A stretch of DNA of 64,000 bases from positions 1 through 64,000 of IMG/VR virus record IMGVR_UViG_3300049171_000081; one strand, written 5' to 3'. Every line of letters starts with the position of its first letter. Position 1 is the first letter of the stretch. Under the pieces are notes generated by a model. It did not search any database, was not told where the DNA came from, and saw nothing but the letters and a program-made list of their open reading frames with translations. The DNA comes from an uncultured virus (IMG/VR IMGVR_UViG_3300049171_000081). Lineage: Duplodnaviria > Heunggongvirae > Uroviricota > Caudoviricetes. Both the position numbers and the translations under genes were made by a program. Shown here piece by piece: positions 18,925 through 27,609 of this stretch.

Positions 18925-20945
18925 CGACAGTTGGCTTCGACATTGAGACGGGATCCGTCGACGACCTCTACATGCTCGACCCGAGGAGCCCCGAGTACGA
19001 CTACGTACGTCTCGTCGGCTGGGTCGTGGGAGACGGCGACGTCCAGATCTCCACGAACCCTCAGGACCTCATCGACGTCCTCAACGCCGCCGACATCATC
19101 TACGGCCACGGCATTCTGAACTTCGACCTCCAGGCCCTGTGCCGCTACCACGGAGCCGACTACTGGAAGCTCGCCGCCAAGTGCATCGACACCCTTGTCG
19201 TCGAGCGCACCATCAACCCGCCCTACCCGAAGGCCAAGCCCGGTATCCCGCTCAACCTCCAGGCCATGCGCAGGCGCGGCATCACCCCGGCCGACCTCCG
19301 CATCCCCTACAGCCTGGACGAAACCGCCGCGCGTTACGGCGTCGCGGGCAAGACGGACAACATCAAGGAACTCGCGGCCAAGCACGGAGGCTTCCACCTC
19401 ATCCCGCAGGACGACCCGGAGTACCGGGCCTACCTGAAGGGTGACGTCATCTCCTCCAGGGCGCTCTACCGGGCCACCGGACAGGCTGCGGCCAAGGCGG
19501 GCCTCATATCTGTGGTGCGTCGCGAGATCCGGATCGCCGCCATCCAGAACGGCATGCGGATCAAGGGCCTGGGCGTCGACCGGGCCGAGGTCGAGCACCA
19601 GATCGAACTCGCCGAGAAGCAGCGTCAGGACGCCTACCACGTACTGCACGAGAAGGCAGGCGTCCCTCTCCCCGGCCAGGAGATCGTCTGGTACGAGGAG
19701 AAGGAGAAACCGATCCCGCGCACCACGCCCTACGGCAAGCGGGTCCGGCACCTGTGGCACGTCCTTCACCCGAACGACCCCTGTCCCGACCTGCGCACCG
19801 TCCGGGTGAAGAAGACCAAGCGGATCGACAAGTCCCCGCTGTCCACCAACGAGGGACGCAACGCCTTCGAGAAGGCCCTGAAAGCTGCCGGGGTCAAGGA
19901 CACGGACATCCCGTTCACCCTGCCCACCAAGTCCAACCCCGGGGGCAAGCTCGCCCTGTCCAAGGATGCCCTCGGCACCGGCCGCTGGGTGCGCGGCAAG
20001 GAAGCGGTCCCGGGCCTCCAGGCGAAGTACCCCGACAACCCGGCGGTGAAGGAGTTGTGCGAGGCGGCCATCCTGGCCACGTCCACCTCCGGCAAGGCCG
20101 AGGAGGTCATGAAGTGGCTCAGCCCCGACGGCCGGGTCCACTCCCAGATCGGCGACATCCAGGCGTCCGGCAGGTGGGCCCACATCAAGGCGTCCATCAC
20201 CAACATCGGGAAGCGGGGGAAGGCCCAGAAGATGCAGCGCCGGATGTTCCGCTCCCGGCGTGGGTTCGTCTTCATCTGCATCGACCTCGACCAGGTCGAC
20301 GCGCGCGCCGTCGCCGGATGGTGCCAGGACCCGGAGTACCGGAAGATGGCCCTCCCTGGCATGGACATGCACTATGAGACCGCGAAGCGAGTCTTCGGGG
20401 TCGGGTCCTGCAACGACTGCCGCAACTGCGCGGAGTGTTCCGAGCGGCGCAGCAAGGCGAAGGCGAACACCCACTCCTGGAACTACGGACAGGGCGTCAA
20501 GGGGTTGGCTGCTTCGACGGGTCTTCCGCTGGAAGTCTGCGAGACGTTCGACAAGGGGATGAAGAGGTCTTTCCCGGTGCTGTGTGCCTGGAAAGACAAG
20601 GTCCGCAGGTACGCGGAACGCACCGGAGTGGTGCCCAGCAAGTGGGGTCGCCCGCTGCGCGTCATCCCCGGCCAGGAGTACACACAGGCCCCGGCGCAGA
20701 TCGGCCAGTCGACCACGCGAGACCTGCTGTGCGACGGACTGATCCGACTCCAGGACGAACACCCGGAAGTTCTGGAATGCTTGGTCCTGGTGATTCACGA
20801 CGAAATCGTCCTGGAGGTCCCGGAAAACCTCGCCGACGAGTACGGAGAAAAGGCGATGGCCGCCCTGACGACCTCCTTCGAAGGAGTGCCGATCACATGT
20901 GGAAGGTCGCCCGCAGCAAGCGTCTGGGCGGAGTGTTACGACTGA
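18921..20945 (+). CDS. Family A DNA polymerase with 3'-5' exonuclease
   Basis: FDIET, GHGILNFD, YLKGD exo motifs; SGRW, DLDQVDAR, KANTHSWNYG, IHDEIV. Confidence 0.92.
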   Translation: MTTVGFDIETGSVDDLYMLDPRSPEYDYVRLVGWVVGDGDVQISTNPQDLIDVLNAADIIYGHGILNFDLQALCRYHGADYWKLAAKCIDTLVVERTINPPYPKAKPGIPLNLQAMRRRGITPADLRIPYSLDETAARYGVAGKTDNIKELAAKHGGFHLIPQDDPEYRAYLKGDVISSRALYRATGQAAAKAGLISVVRREIRIAAIQNGMRIKGLGVDRAEVEHQIELAEKQRQDAYHVLHEKAGVPLPGQEIVWYEEKEKPIPRTTPYGKRVRHLWHVLHPNDPCPDLRTVRVKKTKRIDKSPLSTNEGRNAFEKALKAAGVKDTDIPFTLPTKSNPGGKLALSKDALGTGRWVRGKEAVPGLQAKYPDNPAVKELCEAAILATSTSGKAEEVMKWLSPDGRVHSQIGDIQASGRWAHIKASITNIGKRGKAQKMQRRMFRSRRGFVFICIDLDQVDARAVAGWCQDPEYRKMALPGMDMHYETAKRVFGVGSCNDCRNCAECSERRSKAKANTHSWNYGQGVKGLAASTGLPLEVCETFDKGMKRSFPVLCAWKDKVRRYAERTGVVPSKWGRPLRVIPGQEYTQAPAQIGQSTTRDLLCDGLIRLQDEHPEVLECLVLVIHDEIVLEVPENLADEYGEKAMAALTTSFEGVPITCGRSPAASVWAECYD

Positions 20946-20998
20946 CCGGAGGCCGGAAACACAACGAACTCCGGACCCTGTTCGACAGGCTCGACCTG

Positions 20999-21319
20999 AT
21001 GAACCGCCGGTACTCCCTGGGGGTGGCGCTGAAGGAACCGCCCAACCCCTGGGGCACCGAGGAGGCGATGATGGTTCTGCGGGTCAACGTCTCACGGATC
21101 CGCAAGGCCGTTGACCTGCTCGACTATGAGGTCAACGGCCCCGAGTTGCGGACTCTCGCTCAGATCCTGAACGACGCGGTCGAGGATGCGGTGCTCTGCC
21201 GGATGCGCATCCCCGACCCGGGGGGCCGCTCGCCCGATGTCGTCGCGCGGAATCTCCGCTACGACGTCGCGGTGCTCTCCTCCCACGGCCGGGTCCGGGC
21301 GGAGGACCTCCTGTCGTAG
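20999..21319 (+). CDS. Hypothetical protein (start uncertain; alternative GTG at 20933)
   Basis: Codon usage; followed by a hairpin. Confidence 0.5.
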   Translation: MNRRYSLGVALKEPPNPWGTEEAMMVLRVNVSRIRKAVDLLDYEVNGPELRTLAQILNDAVEDAVLCRMRIPDPGGRSPDVVARNLRYDVAVLSSHGRVRAEDLLS

Positions 21320-21320
21320 A

Positions 21321-21373
21321 GGTGGCCGATCTGCTTCTCCAGAGCGCCGACCTGGAGAAGTAGATCGGCCATC
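21321..21373 (+). terminator. Long hairpin
   Basis: GGTGGCCGATCTGCTTCTCCAG / CTGGAGAAGTAGATCGGCCATC. Confidence 0.6.
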
Positions 21374-21445
21374 ATGCGGTTCGCACGTCGGTTCCGCCAG
21401 AGAGAAAGAAGGGAGGAAATCACGGAAAACTCCTAGAATTACCCT

Positions 21446-21976
21446 ATGAACTCACCTTACTTCCTCAACGCGATGGACCCCGGTGGAGACACGGGGATGA
21501 TCCTTCTTTCTGTGCAGCCGGAGCGGTTCGAACTGATCGAAGCGGCCACCGTCGAGTTCCGCCCCGACAAGGGTGTGCATCCCGTCGACACACTGGTCCG
21601 CTGGCAGCGTGAACATCCCGGTGACCATCGTCTCGTCTACGAGAGCTTCCACGTCACCAATCAGGCCGGGGCAGCAGGCATCGACCTGACGGCCCTGAAG
21701 GTGCTGGAGGGCCTCCAGGAAGCCCTGAAGACGCGCACCCTCACGTATTCCTCGGTGACGGTCCAGCAGCCCACCCAGCGCAAGCTCCAGGGCACTGACG
21801 ACAACTTGGAGAAGACGGGTCTGCACTTCGGGCACAAGCATGCGCAGCGCCACGTCCGTGACGCCGCCCGGCATGCCGTCACTCACCTCGTCCGCCGCAG
21901 CTACCGGCCGCTGTGCGAACTGATCGCCCCTAGGAGCCAGGCGTCCCGCCCGGCGGGTGGAGCTTGTTCCAGGTAA
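21446..21976 (+). CDS. RuvC-like Holliday junction resolvase
   Basis: AMDPGGDTG, VYESF, HVRDAARHA. Confidence 0.75.
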   Translation: MNSPYFLNAMDPGGDTGMILLSVQPERFELIEAATVEFRPDKGVHPVDTLVRWQREHPGDHRLVYESFHVTNQAGAAGIDLTALKVLEGLQEALKTRTLTYSSVTVQQPTQRKLQGTDDNLEKTGLHFGHKHAQRHVRDAARHAVTHLVRRSYRPLCELIAPRSQASRPAGGACSR

Positions 21977-22424
21977 CCCAGTCCACGACCTTGATCGTGG
22001 CGATGTCCACCCAGTCCGACAGGACCGGCTGCTCGCCGAACCAGAAGAACGGATAATTCGGATAGCCGCTCTCCGTCTGGACGCCCGCGATGGACACCGT
22101 GGCGGTGTGGTTGGCCAGGGCGTTGGTGCCTGAGTCGGTCCACAGCAGCAGTTCGGCGGGCCAGGGCGCGGTGAAGAACCGGGGCATGTAGTCAGGATCC
22201 TGGCAGGGAATCTCGATGACCGTCCCGCTCGGTGCGTAGTCCGACACCGGTCGCAAGTACTCCCCGCCGGGACCTGTGATCTCGCACATCAACTGCTGAG
22301 CTGCCACGGAGTCCCAGGTCACCCTGACGACGACCCCCGAGAACGACCCGACGCTGGGCATGGGGATCGAATCCACCGTCAGGGTGGTCCGTTCCGAATT
22401 GGGCGGTATGACGACCTCGATCAT
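21930..22424 (-). CDS. Hypothetical protein at end of tail operon
   Basis: ATGA-coupled; beta-rich. Confidence 0.6.
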   Translation of the reverse strand: MIEVVIPPNSERTTLTVDSIPMPSVGSFSGVVVRVTWDSVAAQQLMCEITGPGGEYLRPVSDYAPSGTVIEIPCQDPDYMPRFFTAPWPAELLLWTDSGTNALANHTATVSIAGVQTESGYPNYPFFWFGEQPVLSDWVDIATIKVVDWVTWNKLHPPGGTPGS

Positions 22425-22606
22425 CGGGCGATCTCCTCGTTGGCCTGGGTCTCCCTGAAGTGGTTGCGTGCCTGCTCGACCTGCGCCTCAAGGATGGCAA
22501 CGCGATGCAGGGCGTCGGAGAGCTGCCGTCGGTAAGACTCGATCACGGCGTCCGACGAGACGGCGCTGAAGGGGGCGCTCAGGGTGGAGATGTCCAAGGT
22601 GTTCAC
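22421..22606 (-). CDS. Small coiled-coil protein
   Basis: VIESYRRQLSDALHRVAILEAQV. Confidence 0.6.
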   Translation of the reverse strand: MNTLDISTLSAPFSAVSSDAVIESYRRQLSDALHRVAILEAQVEQARNHFRETQANEEIAR

Positions 22607-22628
22607 CTTCGGCTGTACAGGATTTCTG

Positions 22629-23396
22629 TCACTGGTGGATCGCGGCCAGGGATCGCGAGATTTCGGGAATCATTCGCCGTTCCTTCGCGATCATGTCGAG
22701 TTGGTACGCGTAGAGCGATGCTCCCGATTCCCTGAGAGCGTAGCCTGCGTGACGGTCGGCGAGGAGGGAGATGTCTTCGGACCTTTTGGTGAGGTCTACA
22801 TGAATTTTCCCCAGGACGTCGTTCTTCGTGACGGATACTTCAGCGTGAAAATTCCTTAGCCGGTCCACACGCTTCCCTCGTCGCTCTTTGAACTTCGACG
22901 ACAGGCCGGAAAGATCTGCACTCGTCCGCAGATTCATCATCCCGGCGGGCACCGCAGCCGATCGGAGAAAGTCGCGGGAATTCTGCATGAGCACCTCGCC
23001 GGGGGTTGCCGAACTGGCGAGAGAGAACTCGGAAATGTCCCGCAAGGCTACGGTCTGTTGCGAGAGAGTCTCGAAGGAGTCTTTCGCGTAGTCGTGGGCC
23101 GTCTGGAAGTAGTCGGCCACCAGTTCCTGCCAGGTCAGGTCCTCGTCGGGGATCTCGTCACCATTGGCCTCCTTGATGATGTGGTCCAGGGAGTCCTTTT
23201 CGGTGGCCAGGCCGAGCAGTTCCATTCGGTGGGCCAAGGCGTCGAAAGGGACGACATGTCCGTGGGACTTGGCTGTCGGATCCCCTCGGAAGGGATACTG
23301 AAGAAGAAGATTTGGAGGACCGGGGTCTTCACTGAGCAGCAGCTTGGGTGGAGTCTTGATCCAGTATTCCTGGATTTCGATTGTCTTTTTTGCCAC
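22629..23396 (-). CDS. Hypothetical tail-region protein
   Basis: Directly downstream of the large minor tail gene. Confidence 0.65.
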   Translation of the reverse strand: MAKKTIEIQEYWIKTPPKLLLSEDPGPPNLLLQYPFRGDPTAKSHGHVVPFDALAHRMELLGLATEKDSLDHIIKEANGDEIPDEDLTWQELVADYFQTAHDYAKDSFETLSQQTVALRDISEFSLASSATPGEVLMQNSRDFLRSAAVPAGMMNLRTSADLSGLSSKFKERRGKRVDRLRNFHAEVSVTKNDVLGKIHVDLTKRSEDISLLADRHAGYALRESGASLYAYQLDMIAKERRMIPEISRSLAAIHQ

Positions 23397-23408
23397 TTGA
23401 ACACGCTT

Positions 23409-26400
23409 TCAGATGTTGGATCCACCGGCAAAGCAGAAGATTTCCATGCGAGTGGTCGCGAGAGAAGATTTCACGGAGAAGGACGTCTCGTCTCGCTTGA
23501 GAACCAAACAGGTGGCGGCGTCCGTGTTGGTGGTGGAGGTTCCACTGAGAACCGTAGGCTGGCAGATCGGATAGTAAAGCCAGTTCGGAGATCCCCAAGT
23601 GACGGTCCACATGTTCCAGCTTCCGCTGGCTGCTGCGTAGTTGATTCCACGGAACATGTCGTTGGACCTGTTGGTGGTTTCCATCAGTCCGCAAATCTGG
23701 AGACGTGCGTCGGAGGTCCTCCAGATGATTCCTTGCGCGTTCTGCGTATTGGCACCCCAGTTTCGCTTCATGAAGCTGCCCGTAATTCCGTAGGCGAGCT
23801 GAATGTCCACCCTTCCGGTGTCGTTCACAAGCCTTTCAGGTCCAGCCATGACGAAACCGTTCGGATCCCAGCCTCCACTACCTGCGGGGTCAGTCAGGAA
23901 AATCTTGGGAGGTGCCGAAATGTTCTGTGAAGGGTTCGGTATGAAACGCATACCGGCCTGATTCACATAGTTGGCATTGTTCGTTATCTCGACACTGGAA
24001 ACACCATCGGCACTCTTCATCATGTAATACGAAGAGTCGATCCGGTGTCGCGCCTGAAGAGCGTTCACGTCGATCTTGTCGGCGGTCACCGCGTCCGCCG
24101 CCAGTAGCGGAGTGCGGATCTGGCCGTCTCCGATGTTGATCGAGGTCTCCTGCCAGATCTCGATCTGGTTGAGGGTGACGGTCACCCCAGAGAAGGATGC
24201 GCTGCCGGAGAGAACGACGACCGGCTGCATGGCCGCCACGTTGAGCACGTTTGGCAGCAGGCCCTGACCTGCCGTCTCGTAGGTGAAGGTGCCGTTGCCC
24301 GTGAGGGTCGTGACCGGAATGAGGAAGGGAGGGCTTCCGCCTTGAGCTGAGCCGTCTCGGAGATACTGATACGCCTGCACGGCCATGATGAGGGATCCGG
24401 AAGGCGTAGTCGGGTATCCCGACACGGTGACTTGAAGCCGAGCCTTGTATCCGCCGTTCAGAGGATCCCCGGTGTACTGAGGGCGTCGGTAGATCGGCCA
24501 CGCCCTCTCCGGTGACGGCAGAATCATCGTCGGGCGGACGGCGTAGTTCAGAATCGGCATCAACGTGGTGTTGAGCAACGGGAAGACCGAGGTGATCTGG
24601 GCGGCCCCGCTGAAGGTACACACCGGTCGCATGCTCGCGTTGTAGGACCATGTCGCGTTCGTCGTGGAAGCTGTCGCAGCCTGAAGACGGTGCGCCCTCA
24701 GGTCGGACGACGTGAACATGGGGTCGACAAGCATGTTCCCGGCATTGCCCACAGACAGACTGTCAACGGACAGGCTGTGGGCCTTGATCTGCTCCGACGT
24801 CAGCGTGCCGGACACTACGTTGTTCGCCGTGATGGTATTGGCTTCGAGATCCGGGCCCTTCACGCCCTGCACGGCGACGGACGTCACGGCGGAAGGGCCG
24901 GTCGTTATCGCCGCACTGTTGCGGACCCAGAAGCGAACGTAGACGGTTTCGCCGACCGACCACGTAAGAGCGCCGTTCTGCCCGGATACGATCACCGAGG
25001 ATTGCGGAGTGAAGATGTCACCCACGTGATACCAGGTGTTCTGGTCCTTCGAGACCTCTATCTGGACTTCCTGGAACTGGGCGGGATACTCCTCACCTTC
25101 GTTGTCCGTGCCGTCCCAGGTCACCTGGAGAGTCGAGAGCTTCGATGTGACGATCGGAGCGGACGGAACCGGCAGACCTTCCTGGGGGTAGGACATCGTC
25201 GCGCTGATCGGATCCGACCAGTCCGAGCCCCTGCCGCTGTCCCGGATGGCCTGGACGTAGAAGTTGTACAGGTAGCCGGAGTCGAGGTCGTTCACGAAAG
25301 CGTGCAACCGCTGCTGGGACGGGGAGTTCGGCTGGTTCACCTGCACACTGCGCCCCTGGACGAAGGTCCAGTCGCTGCGGACCGCCATCACGTTGTACCG
25401 GTCTACAGTGATCTCTTCGCCTTCAATGTCCTGGGTGACCACGTCGAACGCGACGTCCGCCCGGGAGACCGGCCGCCCATCGGCCGCGAAGTACGGAGCC
25501 TGGGTGACCGCCAGGTTCGTCGGAACCTTCGGCTTCTCGAAGTTGTTCGGCGGAGCGGGCTGGGGTCGTCCGTTGCCGCCGGTTCCGCCACCGCCGACCG
25601 GGCCCCCGCCACCGGAGATTCGGTTGATCCAGCGCTGCGCCTGAAGGTCCCGGTCGAGGAACCTGTCGTTCAGGGTAAGGGCGATGTTCACTCCGTACGG
25701 GGCCGAGCCGGAGAGAGTGATTTGGTAGATCCGCATGGCCGACTTCTGGCTTCCGAGGTCGTCGCGACCTCGGATCATGTCCCCTTGCCGGTAGTCCACC
25801 AGGGGGACCGGAGCCCCTTCGGTCCAGGCGAAATTCTTCGCGAACTGGGCTCGGGACTTGTATCGGGCACTCAAGAGGTGAGTGGCGAGCATGCTCAGGG
25901 TCGAGGTGTTGGTGACACCCTGAGCTTCAATGGCCTCGTCCCACTTGCCCCAGGGAAGCTCGGCGGTTGCCGGTGCGGAGAGGGACACGGAGATCTTCTC
26001 GTCGCCGACCATGAGGAGTCGCCCGGCGGCATCCTCCAGTGATCGCTCTACCGGCTCCTCGGTCATCGCGAGCAGGGAGTGGACGATGACCCCGTTGTCA
26101 TTGTCGAGGTCTCTGCGCAGGTAGGTGTTGGGATTGAAAACCCGGAGCTGACGCTTGTCGAAGATCCAGTCGATCAGTCCCTGGCGACTGAACTGGTCCG
26201 TGATCGCCCAGGCGTCCTGGCCAAGATCGAAATCCCCTTCGATCTTGTTCGCCCACGCAGCGTTGTTCGAGTCCTGTGTCGTGGTGAAATCCCAGGTCAG
26301 TCCGTTGAGGTTGTCTCGGCCCTTGGTCTCGTTCAACAGTTCCGTCAGGACGACTCCCGGAGAGACCTCCGGAAATCGGATGACCTTGTCCTTCTTGTTC

Positions 26401-26762
26401 CATCGGGAGATGTTCTTGGACATGAACCGAGCCTTCTTCAGCATCCACCCGTAGGACGGCATGGTGAAGGAGAGCGTCCTCGGTCGCTGCGCAAGATCCA
26501 CGGATCGCTTGACGTTGATGAACCGGCAGCCCGGGTATTCCGCGAAGGTCCCTGTGCGGGGATTGGCTATCTCCAATGCCACTTCGCACGGGTTCTTCAG
26601 CAGGTCCGCGATGCCAGACACGTCCGGGTAAGTCATCGTCAGTGACGAGTTGTCGTTGAGCGGCAGGCCAGCTTCCCACGACAACGGGTGGGGCAGGATC
26701 CCCAGAGATGCTCCGTCCGGCTGATAGACCCGGAATCGGACCACCAGGTTGTTGCCCGCCAC
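23409..26762 (-). CDS. Large minor tail / central fibre protein with FN3-like repeats
   Basis: Position after Dit; Gly hinge; PKVPTNL...YNFYVQA...SDWS; ADAVTADKI repeats. Confidence 0.85.
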   Translation of the reverse strand: MAGNNLVVRFRVYQPDGASLGILPHPLSWEAGLPLNDNSSLTMTYPDVSGIADLLKNPCEVALEIANPRTGTFAEYPGCRFINVKRSVDLAQRPRTLSFTMPSYGWMLKKARFMSKNISRWNKKDKVIRFPEVSPGVVLTELLNETKGRDNLNGLTWDFTTTQDSNNAAWANKIEGDFDLGQDAWAITDQFSRQGLIDWIFDKRQLRVFNPNTYLRRDLDNDNGVIVHSLLAMTEEPVERSLEDAAGRLLMVGDEKISVSLSAPATAELPWGKWDEAIEAQGVTNTSTLSMLATHLLSARYKSRAQFAKNFAWTEGAPVPLVDYRQGDMIRGRDDLGSQKSAMRIYQITLSGSAPYGVNIALTLNDRFLDRDLQAQRWINRISGGGGPVGGGGTGGNGRPQPAPPNNFEKPKVPTNLAVTQAPYFAADGRPVSRADVAFDVVTQDIEGEEITVDRYNVMAVRSDWTFVQGRSVQVNQPNSPSQQRLHAFVNDLDSGYLYNFYVQAIRDSGRGSDWSDPISATMSYPQEGLPVPSAPIVTSKLSTLQVTWDGTDNEGEEYPAQFQEVQIEVSKDQNTWYHVGDIFTPQSSVIVSGQNGALTWSVGETVYVRFWVRNSAAITTGPSAVTSVAVQGVKGPDLEANTITANNVVSGTLTSEQIKAHSLSVDSLSVGNAGNMLVDPMFTSSDLRAHRLQAATASTTNATWSYNASMRPVCTFSGAAQITSVFPLLNTTLMPILNYAVRPTMILPSPERAWPIYRRPQYTGDPLNGGYKARLQVTVSGYPTTPSGSLIMAVQAYQYLRDGSAQGGSPPFLIPVTTLTGNGTFTYETAGQGLLPNVLNVAAMQPVVVLSGSASFSGVTVTLNQIEIWQETSINIGDGQIRTPLLAADAVTADKIDVNALQARHRIDSSYYMMKSADGVSSVEITNNANYVNQAGMRFIPNPSQNISAPPKIFLTDPAGSGGWDPNGFVMAGPERLVNDTGRVDIQLAYGITGSFMKRNWGANTQNAQGIIWRTSDARLQICGLMETTNRSNDMFRGINYAAASGSWNMWTVTWGSPNWLYYPICQPTVLSGTSTTNTDAATCLVLKRDETSFSVKSSLATTRMEIFCFAGGSNI

Positions 26763-27605
26763 TTACACCACCGCTTCTCGAACGCGAACCCAGACGCCGT
26801 TGTTACTGCCAACGTGATTGATCGTAAAAGTACCTTGCCTGGCGGCAAACTCGCCCGATGTTCTGGCAGTGAAAGTGAGAGGTCCGTTGCCACGGAATTC
26901 CAGGGCTCCGGTCACGTTCGTGCCCGACGAGAAGTTCCAGTTGGTCATCGCGTCGACCACACGAGCCCTCATGTACTTCGGGTCAATGATCAGATATTTG
27001 CCACTGGCGACCGTCGTGTTTCCGTCGCCCCAGAAGATCGAGGTGTTCGAGGTGTTGTCGGTGAGCTGGAACGTGGTCACCGGGCCTGCGACCATCAACA
27101 GCGGATCGGCGATCGGGAGATTCGACGCCAGGGCGGCAGGCAACGTGTGCGTGCCGTTGAAGTACTGAGTCGTAACCTGCGGACCTCGCCAGGCCCCGCC
27201 AGGGATGTTGAAGACAATGGTCGCGTCCACCCTGCTCCTCGGGCAGGAGAAGTCGGGAGTGGCCATGGAGACGAGCTGAGCGTCCGCCGTGTACGAGAAG
27301 CTGCCGGTGTGCCGGGTGAGCGTGACAGGCTGATTGGTGCCCATCCCCAGCAATGCCATCAGATCCATCCAGCGTGACTGCAAGTCGTCGGCGTCCACAC
27401 CCTTCACCCGTATGGCGAGGGACACCGTGATCTGCGACAGGGGGTCGTTCCACAGGGGCAGGGCGTAGTGGGTGTTCGGCACCTCCAGCACCGCACGGCG
27501 CGGCGCGAGGGCCGGGGCATACTCCGTCCCCTGAAGCAGATAGGTGCCCGGGTCGACGGCCTTGCCGCCGATCGGATACCCGTTTATCTCGTACCAGGTA
27601 GACAC
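26763..27605 (-). CDS. Distal tail (Dit-like) minor tail protein
   Basis: Immediately after TMP; typical size. Confidence 0.75.
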   Translation of the reverse strand: MSTWYEINGYPIGGKAVDPGTYLLQGTEYAPALAPRRAVLEVPNTHYALPLWNDPLSQITVSLAIRVKGVDADDLQSRWMDLMALLGMGTNQPVTLTRHTGSFSYTADAQLVSMATPDFSCPRSRVDATIVFNIPGGAWRGPQVTTQYFNGTHTLPAALASNLPIADPLLMVAGPVTTFQLTDNTSNTSIFWGDGNTTVASGKYLIIDPKYMRARVVDAMTNWNFSSGTNVTGALEFRGNGPLTFTARTSGEFAARQGTFTINHVGSNNGVWVRVREAVV

Positions 27606-27609
27606 CGCG

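Noticed and set aside
15353..20798. Long antisense ORFs (898 aa, 653 aa) and similar ones opposite the helicase, TMP and capsid genes
   Set aside because: Shadow frames caused by high GC3 codon bias opposite well-supported genes; no motifs
20933..20938. GTG-TTA start implying bldA control of the gene after PolA
   Set aside because: Start codon is uncertain and the RBS is weak; not supportable from sequence alone
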